Source of the DNA: Cyanobacteria bacterium P01_A01_bin.123
GTDB taxonomy: Bacteria; Cyanobacteriota; Cyanobacteriia; Phormidesmidales; Phormidesmidaceae
Direction of reading: 5' to 3'
NCBI GenBank assembly: GCA_039815185.1
Contig: JBCBZT010000013.1
Span: forward strand, 32,001-96,000
DNA: 64,000 nucleotides
Every line of letters starts with the position of its first letter. The stretch's first letter is position 1. A program made the position numbers and the translations under genes. Of the stretch, positions 58,472 through 64,000 are shown piece after piece. The notes beneath the pieces were generated by a model that did no database searches, was not told where the DNA came from, and saw only the letters and a program-made list of their open reading frames with translations.

Positions 58472-58563
58472 CGTCTGTATAAAGTAGAGGCTAGTAGAGG
58501 CTCCGATCAACCTATCATGGTCGCCAACGCTGCATAATCCTGAGCCGCATTCAAATCTAGTCC

Positions 58564-59139
58564 TCACCATCTCGCTTCCAATTGGTCAATGTAGTCTTTA
58601 GAGTCTTTGAGTCCCCATCCTGTGGCTATTCGCACCTGTTTGATGGCCTCAATTTTTCGGTTGTGGGCCAGCAGCGATCGCAGTTCGTTGTCTATCTCAG
58701 CTAAAGGGTCATTAGTCGGGTTTACCAAATTGGGTTTGCCTATTTCTAGGCGTTCAAGGTAGTTTTTAGATTTTTTGAGTCCCCATCCGGCGGTGACTCG
58801 CACCCGCTTCAGCGCCTCAATCCTTTGACCATTAGCTAGCAGCGATCGCAGTTCTGACTCAATCTCTGCCAGAGCCATCGCTTGATCTGCGTTGGTCGAA
58901 TTCCCACTAGGCAACTGGTTCTCGACAGGCTGAACCCTTGAGCGATGGCTCCCCTGAGCCCATCTTTGACCATCACGGGGGCTGAAACCATCAACTGGAG
59001 GATGGTTCCTCGGACGCTGTAGTTGGCTGGTTACAGCAAATGCCACAACAAAGACAACCACTCCGAAACCCAACATCAAGACCAACGTCATGCCCATGGA
59101 AAAACTTGGAAATTCAACTGTTCGAGCCGTGCTCTCCAT
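58564..59139 (-). CDS. Membrane-anchored protein with two ribosomal L7/L12 C-terminal-like domains
   Basis: TM helix, then RIEALKRVRVTAGWGLKKSKNYLE and KIEAIKQVRIATGWGLKDSKDYID; 168-nt internal duplication. Confidence 0.75.
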   Translation of the reverse strand: MESTARTVEFPSFSMGMTLVLMLGFGVVVFVVAFAVTSQLQRPRNHPPVDGFSPRDGQRWAQGSHRSRVQPVENQLPSGNSTNADQAMALAEIESELRSLLANGQRIEALKRVRVTAGWGLKKSKNYLERLEIGKPNLVNPTNDPLAEIDNELRSLLAHNRKIEAIKQVRIATGWGLKDSKDYIDQLEARW

Positions 59140-59263
59140 TAGCAACAAATACGACAGTGGGGTTCCGGAACTGGTATACAAACTTCACAAGGGTTTTAGC
59201 TTGCCCGACTCCTACTGGATGCACCAGCACCAGCTTGTTGGGGTGTGCCTTCGCTGCTCGACA

Positions 59264-60325
59264 TCAGGCTTGCCGCCGCTTTTGGGTCAAGTCTCTTGCC
59301 TTATCGCGGAGAGACTGCAACGATTCTGCCGTGGTGTCTGAATCTTGAGTGCGGACTTGTTTAGCCCGTGCAACTAAATCGCGCAAAGACTGGATTTGTT
59401 CTGAAAAGGCTTGCTCTCTAAGCACCACAGCCCGCACCATTTTTTGAAACATTTGTGCCAAGATGCTGAGTTCGTCGCCCCCTTTGGCCACGGCTTTAAG
59501 CTGCTGATTGGCGATTGATTCAGCCTCTTCAAGGGTGATGTTTCCCTGGCTCATTTGCTGAGCTAACTGGGTGATCGGTTGCAGCGGACGAATCACGACT
59601 CGATTGATCAACCCATTAATCAAGAGTAAAACGAGGACAAAAATTCCAGAAAATAGCCCCATCCAATGCAGCCAATGACGATGGTAGCTGGCGAAAACGG
59701 TCTCTGAGGGGACGTAGATGGTTTGAGCGGTAACAATCTCACCCATTTGCCAGTTAAAGCCGTGCTGAGATCCATAGGTATTAATCAAACTAGGGGGAGC
59801 ATCTTGGGGATCCCCATGGCACTCAAGACAGCTCACATTATTGATGCTCAAAGGGCGAGAAACAAAGAAGAAGCGTTCACCATTGCGATCGCGGAAATTG
59901 CTAATCTCTTTCAAATCAGGTTTCTGGCGAAATTGTTCGATCAAGGCTGTTTCAAACTCGTCGGCTTGATCGCGCAGGTTCGTTGGATTCAGAGTTGCTT
60001 CTTTATAGAAGAACTGCTGGAAATAGTCATCGCGCGATCGCAGATCTTCAAACACTTCAGTAGCCGAATAAGCGGGAATCGTTTCGCGAATGAAGTCATC
60101 CCGTGAGGCTTGCAGGGGCTGAAGCTGTGGGTTAATCGAATTGCTAGTGTAGTTGCGCACCGAATTCATCGTCTCAATCATCAACAGTGTCTGATTCTCG
60201 ACCATTTCCTCAGCTTTATATCGGGAGGCTTGAGACAGCAGCGCCCCACTAATTAAGATGCCGCAGACGAAGGCAAGACCTAAAATCAGCGTGAATTTAA
60301 CCCCGAGTTTGAGCTGCTTAGCCAT
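59264..60325 (-). CDS. DUF3365 (Tll0287-like) c-type heme sensor with HAMP domain
   Basis: Two TMs, KEATLNPTN..D.AD.FE, CLECH heme motif, HAMP DELSILA. Confidence 0.88.
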   Translation of the reverse strand: MAKQLKLGVKFTLILGLAFVCGILISGALLSQASRYKAEEMVENQTLLMIETMNSVRNYTSNSINPQLQPLQASRDDFIRETIPAYSATEVFEDLRSRDDYFQQFFYKEATLNPTNLRDQADEFETALIEQFRQKPDLKEISNFRDRNGERFFFVSRPLSINNVSCLECHGDPQDAPPSLINTYGSQHGFNWQMGEIVTAQTIYVPSETVFASYHRHWLHWMGLFSGIFVLVLLLINGLINRVVIRPLQPITQLAQQMSQGNITLEEAESIANQQLKAVAKGGDELSILAQMFQKMVRAVVLREQAFSEQIQSLRDLVARAKQVRTQDSDTTAESLQSLRDKARDLTQKRRQA

Positions 60326-60532
60326 GGTTCCTCTTGGTGATGGGGGCACATTGTGGAATAGCGCTTCAAGGCCAACATTCCCACTTTAGACTTCCCAAGA
60401 AATCGCTTTTGCCTATGGTCTAAGTCCCAAGTATCGCTGAACTGCTTTACCCAAGCAGCGATGGGATGCCAGTTCTCAGAATTTAGACGACGAGCTCTGG
60501 GGCTTTGAGCCATCGTGCCTAGTACTTTTTTT

Positions 60533-60589
60533 AATCCCGACTAAAAAAGTCGGATATGTTTGACGCTGTTTTTGCCGCCATGCTACTAT
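60533..60589 (+). promoter_or_regulatory. IscR/Rrf2-like palindromic operator and sigma70-type promoter upstream of thrC
   Basis: AATCCCGACT-AAAAA-AGTCGGATAT (60533-60557); -35 TTGACG 60560-60565; 18-nt spacer; TGc-TACTAT -10 at 60584-60589. Confidence 0.6.
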
Positions 60590-60603
60590 CCGCAAAGCTT
60601 GAG

Positions 60604-60702
60604 TAAACCTGCTCAAACCCCTGACTAAACCGTGATTTAAACCTTGGCCACTTCTAGCTCCACCCAAGCTAAAAACTCAAGCTTTCGAGTTGGATATGGT
60701 TA
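60604..60702 (+). repeat. Copy of the ~70 bp dispersed repeat (60639-60701) preceded by a shortened unit
   Basis: TTTAAACCTTGGCCAC...AAGCTAAAAACTCAAGCTTTC...ATGGTTA matches the reverse complement of 11820-11963. Confidence 0.7.
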
Positions 60703-60726
60703 TGACTTAGTAGAGAGAGTAGACCC

Positions 60727-62028
60727 ATGACCCAGGCGATTGACAAAACCCTAACGGCTCAGACCACTTTCACCGCTCTGAAGTGTAGAGAGTGCGGCGA
60801 AGAATATACCCTTGGTGCAAAGCATGTTTGCGAAGATGTATGCTTTGGCCCCCTGGAAGTAGCCTACGACTATGAAGAAATCCGTCGTCGTGTGACCCGC
60901 GCTTCTATTGCGGCTGGGCCAAATTCAATCTGGCGCTACAGAGAATTTTTGCCGGTCACTGATGATCCCATTGATGTCGGCACTGGCATGACCCCCCTGC
61001 TCAAAACCAACCGCCTCGCCCGTCGCCTGGGGCTCAAAAATCTCTACATCAAAAACGATGCGGTTAACATGCCTACCCTAAGCTTCAAAGATCGGGTGGT
61101 ATCAGTAGCCCTCAGTCGTGCCCGTGAATTGGGATTTTCCACCGTGTCTTGTGCCAGTACGGGGAACTTGGCTAACTCTACCGCTGCGATCGCGGCCCAT
61201 GCTGGTCTTGACTGCTGTGTCTTCATTCCCTCGGATTTAGAAGCAGGTAAGGTGCTGGGGACGCTAATCTACGATCCGATTTTGATGGCAGTTCACGGCA
61301 ACTATGACCAAGTCAATCGCCTTTGCTGTGAAGTTGCCAACACCCACGGTTGGGGCTTTGTCAACATTAACTTGCGCCCTTACTACTCTGAAGGATCTAA
61401 AACCTTGGGCTTTGAGGTGGCTGAGCAACTGGGTTGGCAACTGCCTGACCATATAGTTGCCCCCCTCGCGTCTGGGTCTCTCTTTAGCAAAATTTACAAA
61501 GGATTCAACGAATTTGTGAAAGTCGGCCTAGTTGATGAAAAGGCAGTGCGCTTTAGCGGTGCCCAGGCAGAAGGCTGTTCTCCCATTGCGCAAGCCTTCA
61601 AGGAAGGTCGCGACTTCGTCAGCCCGGTGAAGCCCAACACCATTGCTAAGTCCATTGCCATCGGCAACCCTGCAGACGGCATTTATGCCCTAGACATTGC
61701 CCGCAAAACCAACGGCAACATCGAAGCAGTGACCGACGCTGAAATCGTTGAAGGCATGAAGCTGCTAGCTGAAACCGAAGGTATCTTTACCGAAACCGCT
61801 GGCGGCACCACCATCGCTGTGCTGAAAAAGTTAGTAGAAGCAGGCAAAATTGATCCCGACGAAACCACCGTTGCTTACATCACTGGGAATGGTCTCAAAA
61901 CCCAAGAGGCAGTGCAGGGCTACATCGGTGAACCGTTTACCATTGAGCCCAAGCTCGACAGCTTTGAGCGTGCCCTAGAGCGTGCCCGCACCCTGGATCG
62001 CTTAGAGTGGCAGCAAGTTTTGGTTTAG
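60727..62028 (+). CDS. thrC: Threonine synthase (PLP-dependent)
   Basis: PTLSFKDR, CASTGNLA, TGNGLK; N-terminal CxxC. Confidence 0.92.
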   Translation: MTQAIDKTLTAQTTFTALKCRECGEEYTLGAKHVCEDVCFGPLEVAYDYEEIRRRVTRASIAAGPNSIWRYREFLPVTDDPIDVGTGMTPLLKTNRLARRLGLKNLYIKNDAVNMPTLSFKDRVVSVALSRARELGFSTVSCASTGNLANSTAAIAAHAGLDCCVFIPSDLEAGKVLGTLIYDPILMAVHGNYDQVNRLCCEVANTHGWGFVNINLRPYYSEGSKTLGFEVAEQLGWQLPDHIVAPLASGSLFSKIYKGFNEFVKVGLVDEKAVRFSGAQAEGCSPIAQAFKEGRDFVSPVKPNTIAKSIAIGNPADGIYALDIARKTNGNIEAVTDAEIVEGMKLLAETEGIFTETAGGTTIAVLKKLVEAGKIDPDETTVAYITGNGLKTQEAVQGYIGEPFTIEPKLDSFERALERARTLDRLEWQQVLV

Positions 62029-62061
62029 ATGATTACGCCTGTTCCTATTCAATTTCAACCT

Positions 62062-62337
62062 ATGACTATTAAAGTTCTCATTCCAACCCCGCTTCAAAAG
62101 TTCACCAACAATCAGGCCACCCTTGAATGTGAAGGCGGCAATATTGTAGAACTACTCGACAAGATAGAAGCAACCTGCCCGGGCATCAAGGCCCGTTTAT
62201 GCGACGACAAGGGTGAGCTGCGTCGCTTCGTCAACTTCTATGTGAATAGCGAAGACATTCGTTTCTTAGAGGGCAAAGATACTGCCCTTAATGAGGGTGA
62301 CGAAGTCAGCATTGTTCCTGCTGTCGCTGGGGGCTGA
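62062..62337 (+). CDS. MoaD/ThiS/CysO family ubiquitin-like sulfur carrier
   Basis: [20 protein letters not shown]-terminal PAVAGG. Confidence 0.92.
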   Translation: MTIKVLIPTPLQKFTNNQATLECEGGNIVELLDKIEATCPGIKARLCDDKGELRRFVNFYVNSEDIRFLEGKDTALNEGDEVSIVPAVAGG

Positions 62338-62353
62338 TATCTTCTAGTCTCCC

Positions 62354-62980
62354 TTAGCCAGCTGCTTTTGAGACAGAAGTAGATTGTTTCATCGCAGCGA
62401 GCAGGCTTGAAAGGGCGTGATCTTCAGAGGGGTTAACCTTGCGATCGAGCAAGGCAAGACTAACGGCTTTTGGCAGGGCAACAGCTGCCACATCGTCGTC
62501 AATGGATTCCATCAGTAACTCTAAGGATTGGGGCACCTTAAGAGCCGATTGGATACCGTCGATTAGGGTTTCTTCAAATCCAATGTCTTCCAGTTCGGGC
62601 TTTAATCTGTCCCAGTCCACCGTACTGTTTGGGTCGCCCACTTGAATCACATAGGCAAGCAGGCGTTGTAGCTGAGTTTGTTGCTTTGTTGAGAATTTAT
62701 GCATGACCTGGGAACTGTTTACTTTGACGGTTCCAGCGTCATCCCCCAAACTCACCAGAATCTTTTCCCAGTCTTTGGTGTCACAGGCTTCTGGCTTACC
62801 CACGGTTAAACTCAGTTGAATTTGGTTGGATGCAGAGGCAAGCTGGGTGACCTGGGCCTCAACCCCCAAAAAGCCTAACCACTGGGCAATGGTTTTTACC
62901 AGCACTGGGCGGGTGGCTTGGCTACCCGCGAGAAGCCGAATTTGGGTGCGCACCATTGGCCGCACAATTTGCGTCAGCAT
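62354..62980 (-). CDS. Conserved hypothetical protein
   Basis: 208-aa clean ORF (MLTQIVRPMVRTQIRLLA...); no function recognised. Confidence 0.75.
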   Translation of the reverse strand: MLTQIVRPMVRTQIRLLAGSQATRPVLVKTIAQWLGFLGVEAQVTQLASASNQIQLSLTVGKPEACDTKDWEKILVSLGDDAGTVKVNSSQVMHKFSTKQQTQLQRLLAYVIQVGDPNSTVDWDRLKPELEDIGFEETLIDGIQSALKVPQSLELLMESIDDDVAAVALPKAVSLALLDRKVNPSEDHALSSLLAAMKQSTSVSKAAG

Positions 62981-63137
62981 AGGGCAATATCACAGAACTT
63001 TTTTTAACCTCTCACACTATATCGAATCTGCGATCGCGTCACCGCCCTCTGTGTACAATTCGAGCCCCTCGTCTGCCATGACAAGCCCTGGTTCCTATTC
63101 GAAGGAGTATCGGCAGGGAGGGGTTCCGACTACCTAT

Positions 63138-64000
63138 TTATCTATCTACAGAGGCACCTGCATGTGGCACTGCCTGGCTTGCTTGAATCTGCTGAGACAA
63201 CGCATTGAGTGCTTGTGCATACTGCGGGTCTTCAAGCGTGCCAATCTTGTCGCGGTCTTGCAACAGCACTTCTTGTTCTGCTTCGGTCAGTTCAACCTCA
63301 ATATCAGGGGCGATGCCTTCGTGATTAATATCGCGCCCGCTAGGGGTTAAATATTTCGCAACCGTCACGGCTAAGGCAGAGCCATCTTGCAATCCCCTCA
63401 CCGATTGCACCAAGCCTTTACCAAAGGTTTGGGTGCCGACGAGGACTGCTCTATCATTATCTTGGAGTGCTCCAGATAAGATTTCGCTGGCGCTGGCCGA
63501 ACCGCCGTCAACCAAGATTACTAAGGGCTGATCAGTGAGCGCGCGATTATTCGCAACTTCTTCTTCTTCAATACCTTCACGATATATCGTAGAAACAATG
63601 CCGCCCTCATTCATCCACATGCGGGCAATGTCAATGCTGGAGTAAAGCAACCCACCTGGATTTGCCCGTAAATCTAAGATGTAGCCTGTGACGCCCTGGG
63701 ATTCTAAGTCTTCAATGGCTTCCTGCATTTCAGCTGCGGCATTGGCGCTAAATTGGGTCAAGCGGATATAGCCTACACCACCTTCTGGCCCTTCCTCATA
63801 GCTATAGCGAACCGGATGAATTTCAATGCGGGCTCGTTTGAGGGTCAGTTCTAAGGTTTCTTCACCGCGCTTGAGGGTGAGGCTTACGTCACTGTTAACG
63901 GGTCCTCGAATGCGGCTGACCACATCATTGAGATCCATGCCCTCAGTGCTTTCTCCATCCACTGATAAAATAATGTCTTGGGCTCGGATCCCAGCTTCAA
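63138..64000 (-). CDS. ctpA: Carboxyl-terminal processing protease (S41A), 5' partial
   Basis: PDZ tail, GYIRL, LDLRANPGG, SASASEI, TFGKG; the gene runs off the window end. Confidence 0.9.
   Translation of the reverse strand, partial: EAGIRAQDIILSVDGESTEGMDLNDVVSRIRGPVNSDVSLTLKRGEETLELTLKRARIEIHPVRYSYEEGPEGGVGYIRLTQFSANAAAEMQEAIEDLESQGVTGYILDLRANPGGLLYSSIDIARMWMNEGGIVSTIYREGIEEEEVANNRALTDQPLVILVDGGSASASEILSGALQDNDRAVLVGTQTFGKGLVQSVRGLQDGSALAVTVAKYLTPSGRDINHEGIAPDIEVELTEAEQEVLLQDRDKIGTLEDPQYAQALNALSQQIQASQAVPHAGASVDR

Noticed and set aside
129..63350. Many short antisense or alternate-frame ORFs in the track (e.g. 1361-1882, 9559-10155, 34154-34684, 55824-56303, 62826-63350)
   Set aside because: They overlap well-supported genes and have no recognisable motifs; treated as shadow ORFs.
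1..64000. rRNA, tRNA, CRISPR array, transposase or integrase
   Set aside because: None recognisable by eye in intergenic regions or ORFs; tRNAscan, Infernal and CRISPR finders were not run.

Overview
This window is from a cyanobacterial chromosome, probably a filamentous Leptolyngbya/Nodosilinea-like strain. Evidence: very frequent HIP1 octamers (GCGATCGC), rpaB, and the radA-rpaB-plsX-fabH-fabD-plsC arrangement. The core backbone carries polA (5' partial), cbiT, glmU, sbcD, tlyA, ychF, rlmH, nth, egtC-egtB-egtD, the lipid operon, thrC with a MoaD-family gene, and ctpA (partial). Accessory elements: (1) a four-gene contractile-injection-system (eCIS)-related cassette (DUF4255, Afp15-like AAA ATPase, orphan effector-like protein, DUF4157) with no sheath, tube or baseplate genes; (2) a DUF3800 gene with a promoter-linked structured RNA candidate, next to an orphan DNA methyltransferase; (3) an rcaD/rcaG-like pair and a Cas4/AddB-like Fe-S nuclease-FtsK fusion, separated by about 6.8 kb of foreign genes and gene remnants; (4) a dispersed ~70 bp TA-flanked repeat in three gene leaders; (5) an IscR-like operator before thrC; (6) a ceramidase-like gene broken by one in-frame TGA. 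I found no rRNA, tRNA, CRISPR array or transposase. All family calls come from motif recognition by eye, not database searches.
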